Positions 18,071 to 28,426 are shown, counted from the stretch's first letter. The stretch is 64,000 bases of DNA from Spirochaetia bacterium (GCA_963662795.1 OY759746.1:3200001-3264000); one strand, 5' to 3'. Translations and numbers: made by a program. The notes: generated by a model not told the origin, from the letters alone.

Positions 18071-20539
18071 ATGCGATATATAATGATCGGCGGAGTCGCT
18101 GGCGGAGCTGCCGCTGCGGCGAGGTTAAGAAGAAATGATGAAAAAGCGGATGTTGTAATCTATGAGCGGGGAGAGTATATATCCTATGCCAACTGCGGCC
18201 TTCCATATTACCTTGGAGAGGTAATTAAAGAGAGGGAAAGCCTTTTTGTTGAAAGTCCGGAGAGTTTCAGGGAAAACCTGAATATAGATGTAAATATTTT
18301 ACATGAAGTTATATCAATAGACAGGTTAAATCACACAATAAAGATAAAAGATCTTAAAACAGGGAAACTGAAAGAAGACAGATATGACAAGCTTGTCCTT
18401 TCCCCTGGGGCAGAACCTTTTATTCCGCCTGTCCCCGGAGCGGATAATGAGAACATTTTTTCAGTACGCGGTGTTCCTGATATAGACAGAATAAAAAAAT
18501 TCACAGATGAAAGTAAACCCTCATCAGCCGTTATTGTCGGGGGAGGTTTTATCGGTATAGAGATTGCTGAAAACCTTGCCGAAAGAGGGGTAAAGACTTC
18601 AATCGTAGAGCTTTTGGGACAGGTAATGACAACAGTTGATTTTGAAATGGCCTCCATAGTTCATGAACACCTTAAATTAAAAGGAATAGGCCTTTTCCTG
18701 AATGAAGGGATAAAAAAGATAGAGAAAAATGACAAAGGGATGACTGCCTTCCTTAACTGCGGCACTAAAATTGATACAGACATGATAATATTTTCCGCCG
18801 GTATAAAGCCTGAGATATCTCTTGCTGTTGACGCAGGACTTGTTACCGGAAGGGGAATACGTGTCAATGAATATATGCAGACGACAGACCCTGACATTTA
18901 CGCGGTAGGGGACGCTGTTGAGACAGTTTCCCCTGTTACCGGCAAATATGTTGTGGTCCCGCTTGCGGGCCCCGCCGGGAAGCAGGCGAGAATTGCCGCA
19001 GATAATATTGCGTATAACTCCGGCAAAAAATACAAAGGGGCGATTGGTACAGCTGTGGCGAAGGTTTTTGATCTTACTGTCGCCTCAACAGGATATTCCG
19101 AGAAGGCCCTTAAGAGGGACAATATAGAGTATAAAACTGTTATTACCCACGGTTTCTCCCATGCGGGATACTACCCTGGAGCCATGCCTCTTACTCTGAA
19201 GTTGATATTTTCTCCCCAGGGAAAGCTCTACGGCGGACAAGTTATAGGCTATGACGGGGCGGATAAGCGGATAGAGATGATAGCATCTGTTCTCAGATTC
19301 GGAGGATCGGTAAACGAACTTACAGAACTTGAACAGGCTTATGCACCTCCCTATTCTTCCAGCAAGGACCCTGTAAACATTCTGGGTTTTACCGCGGAAA
19401 ACCTTCTTATGGGAAGGTCGGATCATATTACATGGGCTGATCTTAAAGAGAGGATTGACAGCAGAGATGACTCCATCTTTCTTCTTGACGTTCGGACCAA
19501 AGATGAGACAGAACTCCACAGGATGGAAGGCGCCCTTAATATTCCGAAAGAGGAAGTCAGGTCAAGATTAAATGAAATCCCCAAAGATAAAAAAATTATA
19601 GTCCTCTGCATGGTGGGACTGCGTTCCTATCTTGTAGAGAGGGTGTTAAAGCAGAACGGATATGATGCGGCAATACTTTCCGGAGGACTTAAAATATATT
19701 TTTCTGCCTCTGCAGAACAGGATAACAGGGCAGAAACCTTAAAAGCATGCCCGATAGACGGAGATATGAAAATGGAAGTGAATAATATACTGCATAATAT
19801 AAAAACTGTTGAACTTGACGCCTGCGGACTTCAGTGCCCCGGGCCGATAATGAAACTTAAAAAAGAGATTGATAAACTCGCGGCCGGAGAGCGGATTATT
19901 GAAAAAGCTTCTGATCCCGGATTTGAGAAAGACATAAAATCATGGTGCAACATGACAGGCAACACTCTTGTCAGCACAGTATCTGAAAAAGGAATTATTA
20001 CAGCTGTTGTTGAAAAGGGTGCCGGCACAGTACCTGCCGGAAATGAGGGTTTCATAGTCAATTCAGGGGCAAAGGATGTCACTCTTATCAGTTTCTCTGA
20101 TGATATGGATAAAGCGCTTGCCTCTCTGGTAATTGCAAACGGAGCACTTTCTGCCGGTAAAAAGGTAACTATTTTCTACACATTCTGGGGCCTCAATATA
20201 ATAAAGAAAGTGAAAAAACCGTCTGTCAAAAAAGGGATTATGGGCAGAATGTTTTCTATTATGCTCCCCTCAAACAATGCAAAACTTAAACTCTCCAAGA
20301 TGAACATGGGCGGCATGGGTTCAGCCATGATGAGGATGATTATGAAAAGCCAGAAAATCGACACCTTGAATACCATGCTTGAAAACGCTGTAAGCAGCGG
20401 CATCAGGATTATCGCCTGCCAGATGTCAATGGATGTAATGGGGGTAAAGAGGGAAGAGCTGATTGACGCGGCTGAGATCGGAGGGGTTGCCAACTATCTC
20501 GAAAGCGCATCCGATGCGAGAATAAACCTTTTTATATAA
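18071..20539 (+). CDS. CoA-disulfide reductase-like FAD oxidoreductase fused to rhodanese, TusA/SirA and DsrE2-like domains
   Basis: GGVAGG, SYANCGLPY, GGGFIG, YAVGDA, AYAPPY; rhodanese LLDVRT..E..CMVGLRS; TusA LDACGLQCPGP; DsrE2 FYTFWGL..ACQMSMDVMG. ATG 18071 follows GAGGAG. Confidence 0.9.
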   Translation: MRYIMIGGVAGGAAAAARLRRNDEKADVVIYERGEYISYANCGLPYYLGEVIKERESLFVESPESFRENLNIDVNILHEVISIDRLNHTIKIKDLKTGKLKEDRYDKLVLSPGAEPFIPPVPGADNENIFSVRGVPDIDRIKKFTDESKPSSAVIVGGGFIGIEIAENLAERGVKTSIVELLGQVMTTVDFEMASIVHEHLKLKGIGLFLNEGIKKIEKNDKGMTAFLNCGTKIDTDMIIFSAGIKPEISLAVDAGLVTGRGIRVNEYMQTTDPDIYAVGDAVETVSPVTGKYVVVPLAGPAGKQARIAADNIAYNSGKKYKGAIGTAVAKVFDLTVASTGYSEKALKRDNIEYKTVITHGFSHAGYYPGAMPLTLKLIFSPQGKLYGGQVIGYDGADKRIEMIASVLRFGGSVNELTELEQAYAPPYSSSKDPVNILGFTAENLLMGRSDHITWADLKERIDSRDDSIFLLDVRTKDETELHRMEGALNIPKEEVRSRLNEIPKDKKIIVLCMVGLRSYLVERVLKQNGYDAAILSGGLKIYFSASAEQDNRAETLKACPIDGDMKMEVNNILHNIKTVELDACGLQCPGPIMKLKKEIDKLAAGERIIEKASDPGFEKDIKSWCNMTGNTLVSTVSEKGIITAVVEKGAGTVPAGNEGFIVNSGAKDVTLISFSDDMDKALASLVIANGALSAGKKVTIFYTFWGLNIIKKVKKPSVKKGIMGRMFSIMLPSNNAKLKLSKMNMGGMGSAMMRMIMKSQKIDTLNTMLENAVSSGIRIIACQMSMDVMGVKREELIDAAEIGGVANYLESASDARINLFI

Positions 20540-21511
20540 GTGAGGAACTTAATGGCCGGGGAAATTAAAAACATCAGGGTACTGATCCTGAAAAAATATG
20601 ATGAACATATTTTCAGAATTATAAGGGACTGTTTCCCCCCGGACTGGAGTGTTACAGCGTCTCCTCCCGGAGATGAATTACAGGAGAGGGAAATTCTCTC
20701 CTGCGATGTGCTTATCCCTGAACACACCAATGTTACGGTTCAGATGATAGAGACTGCGGGAAGGCTTAAAGTTATACAGTCAGGCGCCGGGTATGACAGC
20801 ATCGACCTTGATGCGGCGCGGAAAAAAGGAATAATTGCGGCCAACGCTCCAGGTGTTAACTCAAATGCGGTGGCCGAGCATGTTTTCGCTTTTCTTCTTG
20901 CCTGGTATAAACAGACAGGACCGCTTGATACTGCCGTTAAGAACGGAAAATGGCCGAGGGAAAAAACGGGAAGGGCTCTTGAAAACCTTACCATAGGTAT
21001 TGCCGGCTTCGGCATGATCGGAAGACGGGTGGCAGAGATTGCTTCAGTTTTCGGTATGAGAATTCTTGTTTTTTCAAGAAGCCCTGTTGATGTAACTGAC
21101 GGAAAGAACATATTTACGGCAGACAAGGAGACGCTGATAAGCGAATCCGACGTAATCACGCTTCATCTTGCCTCAACAGGTGAAACTCAGGGCTTTATAG
21201 GAAAAAATGAACTTGCCATGATGAAAAAAGAGGCATTTTTAATCAACACTGCAAGGGGAAATCTTATAGATGAGGAAGCTCTTATAGACGCGCTTGAAAA
21301 GAGGATGATAGGCGGGGCAGCCCTTGATGTATTTAAAACAGAACCGCTTCCCCCCGGCAGCAGGCTTAGGAATCTTGACAACGTTCTTTTATCGCCCCAT
21401 ACGGCAGGTGAACCTGATTATATAGCTTCCTACAGGAAACGGTTTACATATTTTTATGAGAACATAAAAAAGATACTTAATGGAGACAGTGACGCGGTAA
21501 TTCTGAAATAG
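20540..21511 (+). CDS. D-isomer-specific 2-hydroxyacid dehydrogenase (SerA/GhrB-like)
   Basis: GAGYD.ID, NSNAVAEH, GFGMIG, LINTARG, ALDVF..EP, SPHTAG. Confidence 0.9.
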   Translation: MRNLMAGEIKNIRVLILKKYDEHIFRIIRDCFPPDWSVTASPPGDELQEREILSCDVLIPEHTNVTVQMIETAGRLKVIQSGAGYDSIDLDAARKKGIIAANAPGVNSNAVAEHVFAFLLAWYKQTGPLDTAVKNGKWPREKTGRALENLTIGIAGFGMIGRRVAEIASVFGMRILVFSRSPVDVTDGKNIFTADKETLISESDVITLHLASTGETQGFIGKNELAMMKKEAFLINTARGNLIDEEALIDALEKRMIGGAALDVFKTEPLPPGSRLRNLDNVLLSPHTAGEPDYIASYRKRFTYFYENIKKILNGDSDAVILK

Positions 21512-21532
21512 TGCGCGGCTTTTTTTATTGCG

Positions 21533-22678
21533 TTATGCATCCTGTTTTTCAACAAGATAGAGAAACTCTTTTACATGTATTTCCCTGTTTTTTAGGTTTC
21601 TGCTGCCGCGGAAAGTATTGTATTTTGTCTCAAGCACAGTGACTTTTCCGATTTTTTCAAGCAGGTCTACCATCGCATCAAGCGGAATAAACCCTTCGGA
21701 GTTGAAAGAAACAAGAAGAAATTTTGCCTTAAGCTTTGACGCAAGCTCTTTAAAAGCGTTATAGGACTCAATCCTGTTGTTGTATGATGATCTGTTCCAG
21801 TTTTCAGGAATTCCCGAGACCCTGCTTGTTTTGTCTGGCAACCTATAATCGGTAATCAGGTTTAGCATGAAGTAATTTGACCCGTATGGATGCTGATTGT
21901 AGGGAGGGTCAAGGTATGCGATATCCACCTCTGGCGCTTTGTCTGCAATCACGGCGGCATCTCCCCTTAAAATCAAAGTCCTGCAACTGAAATTGCTGAA
22001 AACCGGAAACTGCAGATTAATGTCCCCTGTTATTCTTGAAAGGGCATCTCCGTTGGTTCCTCCGAACCGTCCGATACCTGATTTTCTGCATTTATAATAT
22101 CCTTTGAAAACACCTGCCGTATTTGCATGGATTGAAGCCTCGGAGAGGAGGGGCGCAAGAAAATAAGGCCTGTATTTTTCATCAATTGTGTCAATCAGAG
22201 CGCGGGCTGTATCAATATATTTTGCGTTTCTGACTGTATAAAAAACCCGCTCTCCTTTTTGAATGTTCCAGCTGTCCCGGGGTGCGTAATGCTCTCTGAT
22301 AATACCGGATTTAAGCGGGCTGGATGCAAGTTCAGAGATGAGATAATTAAACAGCTTTTCAAGATATTTTAAATCTGTTTCATCTGCGTCTGAAAGATAG
22401 CATCTGTTTATGACTTCTGAGTATTTTTCAAGATCGTTTACAACAAGCAGTCGTGAATGTTTTTTGAAATAACGCGAAACAATACCAGAACCTGAAAACA
22501 GATCAAAAATTGAAAGTTTTTCACTGTTGAGTCTTTCCTTTACACGGGACAATCCGTTTCCTATAAAAGCAAGAAGTGCCCTCTTGTTTCCCAGATAGGT
22601 AATAAGCTGTTCCGTCAGATATGAGGGATTTTCCCTTTCTGTTTCTTCGGTCATTAAACTGTCCGCCCTGGTGCTCAT
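21533..22678 (-). CDS. DNA adenine methyltransferase (alpha group, M.NlaIII/M.HpyI/FokI-like), orphan
   Basis: YLGNK, FDLFSGSGIVS (motif I), VNDLE, YLDPPYN (motif IV). No endonuclease adjacent. Confidence 0.88.
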   Translation of the reverse strand: MSTRADSLMTEETERENPSYLTEQLITYLGNKRALLAFIGNGLSRVKERLNSEKLSIFDLFSGSGIVSRYFKKHSRLLVVNDLEKYSEVINRCYLSDADETDLKYLEKLFNYLISELASSPLKSGIIREHYAPRDSWNIQKGERVFYTVRNAKYIDTARALIDTIDEKYRPYFLAPLLSEASIHANTAGVFKGYYKCRKSGIGRFGGTNGDALSRITGDINLQFPVFSNFSCRTLILRGDAAVIADKAPEVDIAYLDPPYNQHPYGSNYFMLNLITDYRLPDKTSRVSGIPENWNRSSYNNRIESYNAFKELASKLKAKFLLVSFNSEGFIPLDAMVDLLEKIGKVTVLETKYNTFRGSRNLKNREIHVKEFLYLVEKQDA

Positions 22679-22716
22679 AATTAAATATTAGCATAAAAAA
22701 ATTTAAATCAGTATAA

Positions 22717-23910
22717 CTATTGCTGCTTTTTAAAATAAGATGATATAGCCCCTGCTAGTGCAAAATAATCTTCCCTTTTGGAGTAAATACCTGTTGAAAT
22801 TCTTATCGATTTTTCTGCCCGCCCGGCATCCCTTCCCATGCTGGTCAGTATAGCTGAGGGCCCGTTGATGTCCTCTGTGCAGGCGCTGAAGCGGCTTACG
22901 CATATCCTTTTTTCCGCCATGTAGTCAAGAAAACTTTCCATATCATCTATTTCGGGGATGCTGATGCAGAGTACTCCGGGAACCTTCCTCGATGGTGATT
23001 CAACATTTATTTCAAAAGAGAGTTTTAAAAGAATTCCAAGCCCCTCTGAGGTGAGGATTTCAAGCCTCTCCAGATCTTTTTTTAAATTAGCGCTGTGGTA
23101 TTCAAGAGCTTTTGCCAGTGCCGCGGCAGAGTGGGTGTTTTCAGTGCCCGGGAAAAGAGAACCTTCCTGGCTGCCCCCGTACCTGAAGCTGCCCAGTTTA
23201 AAATCATCCGGTACTGAAAGGATTCCGCACCCCTTGGGAGCATAGAGTTTGTGGCTGCTTAAGGCAAACATTTCGCAGTAATTCCTCCACTCCTCGACCG
23301 GCATCCTTGCCGCTGACTGGACCGCGTCCATAAAGACCATGGCATCATACTGCTTTGCGATATCTGATATTTCTTTTAAAGGCTGAATCCCTCCAGTCTC
23401 ATGATTTACAGGGGAATAAACAATGATATTATTCTTTTTCTGATTTCTCTCCAGAACAGTTTCAAGCTCTGCAGGGGCGATAGCCCCTTCTGAATCAACA
23501 TCAAGTATTTTGTATCTGCCCGCCGGCAGGCTGGTAATATTATTAAGCACTGCTGAATGTTCAATTGCTGTTGTGATAAAAAAGGATTTCTTATCCGCGC
23601 GGTAAAGCCCATTGATACCTGCAAAAAGCGCTTCCGTGCCGGATGAGCAGAAATGGATTTCTTCAGGCATTGATTTAAAACAGGAAGCGGCAGTTGTCCT
23701 GCTCCTGTCAAGGTCTTCCCATGCTTTAAGCCCTGCCGTATGATAGCTTGAAGGGTTTCCCCATTTATTTCTGCATGAATCTTCAAATGCCCCGATGCAT
23801 TCAGTCAGTACCGGCGTTGTCGCGTTGTAATCCATGTAGATTAAATCAGCCGGCAGTGAGGTTTTCAGTTTTTCAAGAAGTGCCCTGTTCTTTTCGCAGT
23901 TGCATGCCAT
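22717..23910 (-). CDS. Cysteine desulfurase, IscS/NifS group I-like
   Basis: YMDYNATTP, GNPSS.H, IEHSAV, NHETG, DAVQ, SSHK.Y.PKG (PLP Lys), GTEN, SAC catalytic Cys, IRIS.G. Confidence 0.88.
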   Translation of the reverse strand: MACNCEKNRALLEKLKTSLPADLIYMDYNATTPVLTECIGAFEDSCRNKWGNPSSYHTAGLKAWEDLDRSRTTAASCFKSMPEEIHFCSSGTEALFAGINGLYRADKKSFFITTAIEHSAVLNNITSLPAGRYKILDVDSEGAIAPAELETVLERNQKKNNIIVYSPVNHETGGIQPLKEISDIAKQYDAMVFMDAVQSAARMPVEEWRNYCEMFALSSHKLYAPKGCGILSVPDDFKLGSFRYGGSQEGSLFPGTENTHSAAALAKALEYHSANLKKDLERLEILTSEGLGILLKLSFEINVESPSRKVPGVLCISIPEIDDMESFLDYMAEKRICVSRFSACTEDINGPSAILTSMGRDAGRAEKSIRISTGIYSKREDYFALAGAISSYFKKQQ

Positions 23911-23986
23911 GATTTTTTATCGTCCTTTAGCGGCGGTTAGTCAATATCCTTACTCTGTATTTTGCCCGACAGGGATAAGACAGAAA

Positions 23987-24760
23987 CTACTCTTTCTCTC
24001 CGTTATGCGCGGATAATCCGGCTATTTTATCAAAAAGTTTTTTGAGCTTTTTCTTTTCCCTGCCGTTGATGTTAGCCCGGGAGAAGATGTCCCTTAGAAA
24101 TACCTTCAGGTCGCTGTTGTCAGTTATTCTGAAAAAGCCCAGTTTCCCAAGGGATGAGGTGATATCTTCCGCAAGAGAGTTCACCTCGCTGAGGGAAGCC
24201 CTTTTTTCAGCCTCTGCAATATTGGGATCGACGTCGCGAATAGGCTCGCCGGCCTGTTTTTCAATATCAGGGAGGCGGGAATATAAAACATAGGCCATAA
24301 TCTGTACAGCGTGGGAAAGGTTTAGTGACGGGAAAAGGGGAGATGAGGGGATTACAGTGCTTATTGTGCACTCTTTAAGCTCATCATCCCTAAGTCCGTG
24401 CTTCTCGTTCCCGAAAACCAGGGCTGCTTTTCCGTATCCTTTTTCAATGATAAAATCCGCTGTCTCTTCAGGTGAGAATGAAGTGTATTTTCTCTTTTTC
24501 CCGATCCTTCTTGTGGCAGCTGATGCGAAACTGATATCAGAGAGGGCTTCTTTGAGCGTCGAAAACTCCTCCCTTTTTTCATAAATTTCAAATGCATGCA
24601 CAGAGATGTAGCTGATTTTATTCTCATCATATGCTTTGGGATTTACAATTCTCAGCCTTGTAAGACCCATGTTTTTCATTGCGCGGCAAATTGAGCCTAT
24701 ATTGGAGCTTTCATCCGGAGATACAAGGATTACATATATTTTGTCGAGTATATTGCCCAT
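23987..24760 (-). CDS. trmJ: SPOUT RNA methyltransferase, TrmJ/LasT family
   Basis: NIGSICRAMKNMG, ATRR, LVFGNE..GL...EL, IPS...FPSLNLSHAV. Confidence 0.85.
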   Translation of the reverse strand: MGNILDKIYVILVSPDESSNIGSICRAMKNMGLTRLRIVNPKAYDENKISYISVHAFEIYEKREEFSTLKEALSDISFASAATRRIGKKRKYTSFSPEETADFIIEKGYGKAALVFGNEKHGLRDDELKECTISTVIPSSPLFPSLNLSHAVQIMAYVLYSRLPDIEKQAGEPIRDVDPNIAEAEKRASLSEVNSLAEDITSSLGKLGFFRITDNSDLKVFLRDIFSRANINGREKKKLKKLFDKIAGLSAHNGEKE

Positions 24761-24845
24761 AATAAAACCATTAAAACAAATATTTTAAAAAAAATATATT
24801 ACTATCAATAGATATAGAGCCATGATTTTGATAATATAAATCACC

Positions 24846-26018
24846 ATGGACAGATTTACACAAAAAATTGAAGATGTTTTTTTCCCTCCTATTGTTAAAT
24901 TCAAGGCAGAGGCCGCAAAAAGACTTGATTACTCCAAGCCTGTTCTGAATCTTAATCAGGCAATCCCGAATTATCAGCCCCCTGTTGTAATAAAAGAGGC
25001 GATAAAGAAAGAGCTTGATAATCCCTCTTTCTGCTTTTATACATTTGACGAGGGGATTCCCCAGCTGAGGGAAGCAGTTTCAGACTCGCTCAACAGTACA
25101 TATGAGACAAAAGTAAAACCCGGCAATATCTGTGTCGTACCCGGAGCCAACAACGGATTTTTCTCCATGCTGCCTGTTATTGCATCAGCAGGTGATGAGA
25201 TTATCATACTGACCCCTTTTTATTTCAATCATTATATGTCCCTGAAAATAGCAGGTATTACTCCGGTTGAGATTGTCCTTGATCCTGAAAACAGTTTCTC
25301 ACTTCCCTATGATAAAATTATCTCCGCGATTACTGAAAAAACAAAAGCTCTTGTTTTTGTAAATCCTTCAAATCCGACAGGAAGGTCCTACAGCCAGGTG
25401 GAAGTGGATACGCTCTATCAGATTTGCAGGAAAAGAAAGGTCTATCTTATAAGTGATGAGGTATACTCCTGTTTTCATGATTCATATCCGGCACCGGCAT
25501 CTGTCCTTAATAATCCGTCATTTCCTGATTATTCAGTCTGTATAAATTCCTATTCAAAGACGTTCAGTATTACGGGACTGCGTGTCGGATTTATAGCAGC
25601 ATCTGAGGATTTTATTCATCACTTTACAAAAGTGCAGGATTCAAATGTTGTATGTGTTTCGACACTGTCGCAGGCGGCAGCCCTCGCAGGGCTTAAATAC
25701 GGTAAAGAGTGGCTTGAAGAGAAAATAATTTTTTCAAGAGAGAAGAAAGATAAATTCCTTAAATACTTCAGGGAGTCAGGGAGCACTTTTTTCTCGATTG
25801 TCTCGTCAGGCTCTTTTTTTGTCTATCTTAATTTTAAAGACCGGAGCATCAAAGCGCCTCAGCTCTGCTACAGTATGATGGAAACGGAAAACCTTGTAAC
25901 GCTGCCGGGTGAATATTTCGGCTCAGAACAGGACTATGCTATCCGTCTTGCACTCGGCAACCTGCATGAGCATGAGATTGCCCCTGCAGTTGAAAAACTT
26001 GTCAGGTTCAGGGGATAG
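24846..26018 (+). CDS. PLP-dependent aminotransferase class I/II
   Basis: NPSNPTG, ISDEVY, SYSKTFSITGLRVG. Confidence 0.9.
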   Translation: MDRFTQKIEDVFFPPIVKFKAEAAKRLDYSKPVLNLNQAIPNYQPPVVIKEAIKKELDNPSFCFYTFDEGIPQLREAVSDSLNSTYETKVKPGNICVVPGANNGFFSMLPVIASAGDEIIILTPFYFNHYMSLKIAGITPVEIVLDPENSFSLPYDKIISAITEKTKALVFVNPSNPTGRSYSQVEVDTLYQICRKRKVYLISDEVYSCFHDSYPAPASVLNNPSFPDYSVCINSYSKTFSITGLRVGFIAASEDFIHHFTKVQDSNVVCVSTLSQAAALAGLKYGKEWLEEKIIFSREKKDKFLKYFRESGSTFFSIVSSGSFFVYLNFKDRSIKAPQLCYSMMETENLVTLPGEYFGSEQDYAIRLALGNLHEHEIAPAVEKLVRFRG

Positions 26019-26078
26019 ATTACAGTATTCGGAAATAGTTGTACGGGGAGGGGAATTTCTGTTCCCCGGGGAGTATAA

Positions 26079-27479
26079 ATGCGGGAAGCTGAAAAAGAAC
26101 TGATTGAAATTATCCTGACTCTTAATCTGTTTTACTACTGCGGGAATGGAAACGGCGCAGGAGAAGGCCTTTTCATGCTTACCGAAAAGGACAGGGCCCC
26201 TTTTTTTATTGATATCAACGGTGTCGCATCATTTCCTCATTACAGGAAAATATTCCTGGATGCTTTTTTATCTTCAATTAAGAATTTGACTGAAAAAGTG
26301 GGCAGTGAAAGCGGCGGTGCGGGTAATCATCTGACACTTGCGGCGTGCGGACATTCGGCAATACCTTTCGCTTCCATGGCGGCGGAGAAGCTTTCCCTCC
26401 CCATGGTTTATATTAGGGAAAGCGCAAAAAAGCACGGTAAAAAGAATATGATTGAGGGCTCAATCAGTGATGGCAGTGACTGCATTATATTTACAGAAAC
26501 CTACTCATCCGCTGCCGGAATAGAAAGCGCCGTAAAGGGTCTTCTGGAAAGGAAATGCAGAATAATCGGCATTTCCTCATTAATAAACATGACTGGTGAA
26601 AATACCATTGATATTGAAGGTGAAAGAAAGCCTGTTGAAAGCCCGCTTTCGCTTAAATCACTGATTGATTATGCTGAAAAAACCAAAGCTCTGCCGGAGA
26701 AAATTATTAAGTCAGCGCGCAGCTGGATGAGTGTGTTTGAAACTGATGCGGAGGATGATGCCGCAGTTATAACAGCAGTCTCACCATCTGCTTCAGAAGA
26801 TGCGGGATGGGTAACAGTATCCGGGTCTCAGAAAAATGAAACAGATGCTGCAGAAATTCTCCTTGATTTAAAGGCTGTTACCCTTTCTGTCTCATCCCCT
26901 TACCGGTATGCCTCCGGAATATTAAGCCCGATTTACTGCGACAACCGTCTTATGATTTCTTCACCTGCCAAATGGAAAGTTGTTATTGAAATCATGGAGA
27001 ATATTATCAAAAACCGGATAGGACTTGAGAACATTGAGGTAATCGCTGGAACTTCCACTGCCGGTATTCCACACGCAGCCCGCCTTGCATCATCACTAGG
27101 CCTTCCGCTAGTCTATGTTAAGTCAGAAAAAGGGGAGAGAGGGAAAAAATCCAATATCGAAGGGCTACTTCCGTACGGTAAAAGAGTGCTGGTTGTTGAA
27201 GATCTTGTAAGCACAGGAAAAAGCTCAATAGAGGCCGTGAGAATCCTCCGCGGGCACGGTGCAATAGTTGAAAGCTGTATCGCGATATTCAGCTATCAGA
27301 TGAAATCTGCGCTTGATATATTCTCTGAAGAAAAATGCGCCCTTTATACAGCCTCGAATTTCAGCGTACTGATTAAAACCGCAGTTGAAAAAAAATATAT
27401 AACGGAAGAAGAGGCTGAGAAGGCTGTAAGCTGGAACATGAATCCTGAAGGGTGGGGGAAAACACATGGCCATGAATGA
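26079..27479 (+). CDS. pyrE: Orotate phosphoribosyltransferase with an extra degenerate N-terminal PRT domain
   Basis: C-terminal domain YASGILSPIYCDNR, TAGIPHA, LVVEDLVSTGKS. N-terminal copy PFFID, AIPFA, PMVYIRESAKKHGKKNMIEG lacks the ED PRPP motif. Directly upstream of pyrF. Confidence 0.85.
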   Translation: MREAEKELIEIILTLNLFYYCGNGNGAGEGLFMLTEKDRAPFFIDINGVASFPHYRKIFLDAFLSSIKNLTEKVGSESGGAGNHLTLAACGHSAIPFASMAAEKLSLPMVYIRESAKKHGKKNMIEGSISDGSDCIIFTETYSSAAGIESAVKGLLERKCRIIGISSLINMTGENTIDIEGERKPVESPLSLKSLIDYAEKTKALPEKIIKSARSWMSVFETDAEDDAAVITAVSPSASEDAGWVTVSGSQKNETDAAEILLDLKAVTLSVSSPYRYASGILSPIYCDNRLMISSPAKWKVVIEIMENIIKNRIGLENIEVIAGTSTAGIPHAARLASSLGLPLVYVKSEKGERGKKSNIEGLLPYGKRVLVVEDLVSTGKSSIEAVRILRGHGAIVESCIAIFSYQMKSALDIFSEEKCALYTASNFSVLIKTAVEKKYITEEEAEKAVSWNMNPEGWGKTHGHE

Positions 27480-28425
27480 AAATTTCGCGGATTCTCTTAT
27501 CAGGGAAATAGATTCAAGGAAAAACCCGTCTGCAGCAGGTCTTGACCCTTCGCTTGCAAACCTGCCGCCGGAAATACTTGAAAAATACAGATTGTCATCA
27601 GGGAATATGAGCTTTAAAGCCGCATCGGATGCTGTGCTTGATTTCAACAAAAATCTTATTGACTGCCTTTATGATATTGTCCCTGCTGTCAAGCTTCAGT
27701 CGGCATATTATGAGCAGCTTGGTCCGGACGGGATATCGGCTCTGCTTGAAACCGCAAAGTACGCAAAATCAAAAGGGCTTATTGTAATCGGGGATGTAAA
27801 GCGGAATGATATCGGCAGCACCTGCGGCGCGTATTCTTCAGCCTACATCGGCAGGGTAGACCTTCTGGGAGCTGAAACTCCTCTATTTGATTTCGACGCA
27901 ATAACTGTCAACAGCTATCTCGGTTATGAAGGAATTGAACCTTTTTTAAAGGACTGCCGCCTTTACGGCAAAGGTATTTTTTCGCTTGTGAAAACTTCAA
28001 ACAAAGGATCTCTGGAATTTCAGGGAGTGATGACAGATAACGGACCTAATTACTCTGTGATGGGACGGCTTGTTTCAGAGTGGGGCAGGTCCCTTACCGG
28101 CTCATCCGGATACAGTTCAGCCGGGGCTGTTGTGGGGGCTACATTCCCTCATGAGGCAAAGCTTTTAAGGGAAGAGATGAAAAACTCGTTTTTTCTTGTG
28201 CCGGGTTACGGCGCTCAGGGAGGAGGGGCGGAAGGCGTTATCAACTGTTTCAACCCTGACGGATGCGGCGCAATTATTAATTCTTCCCGCGCGATAATGT
28301 ATGCGTACATGAAAGAGAATGACAGCAAAAATTATAAAAAACACGCAAGAGATGAAGCGTTAAGGATGAAAAAAGAAATTTCAGATGAACTTATGAAAAG
28401 AGGAATTTGCAGATGGGAGAATTAA
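27466..28425 (+). CDS. pyrF: Orotidine-5'-phosphate decarboxylase (subfamily 2)
   Basis: GLDP, VKLQSAYYE, GDVKRNDIGST, LVKTSN, VVGAT, LVPGYGAQGG, NSSR. Confidence 0.95.
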   Translation: MAMNENFADSLIREIDSRKNPSAAGLDPSLANLPPEILEKYRLSSGNMSFKAASDAVLDFNKNLIDCLYDIVPAVKLQSAYYEQLGPDGISALLETAKYAKSKGLIVIGDVKRNDIGSTCGAYSSAYIGRVDLLGAETPLFDFDAITVNSYLGYEGIEPFLKDCRLYGKGIFSLVKTSNKGSLEFQGVMTDNGPNYSVMGRLVSEWGRSLTGSSGYSSAGAVVGATFPHEAKLLREEMKNSFFLVPGYGAQGGGAEGVINCFNPDGCGAIINSSRAIMYAYMKENDSKNYKKHARDEALRMKKEISDELMKRGICRWEN

Positions 28426-28426
28426 G

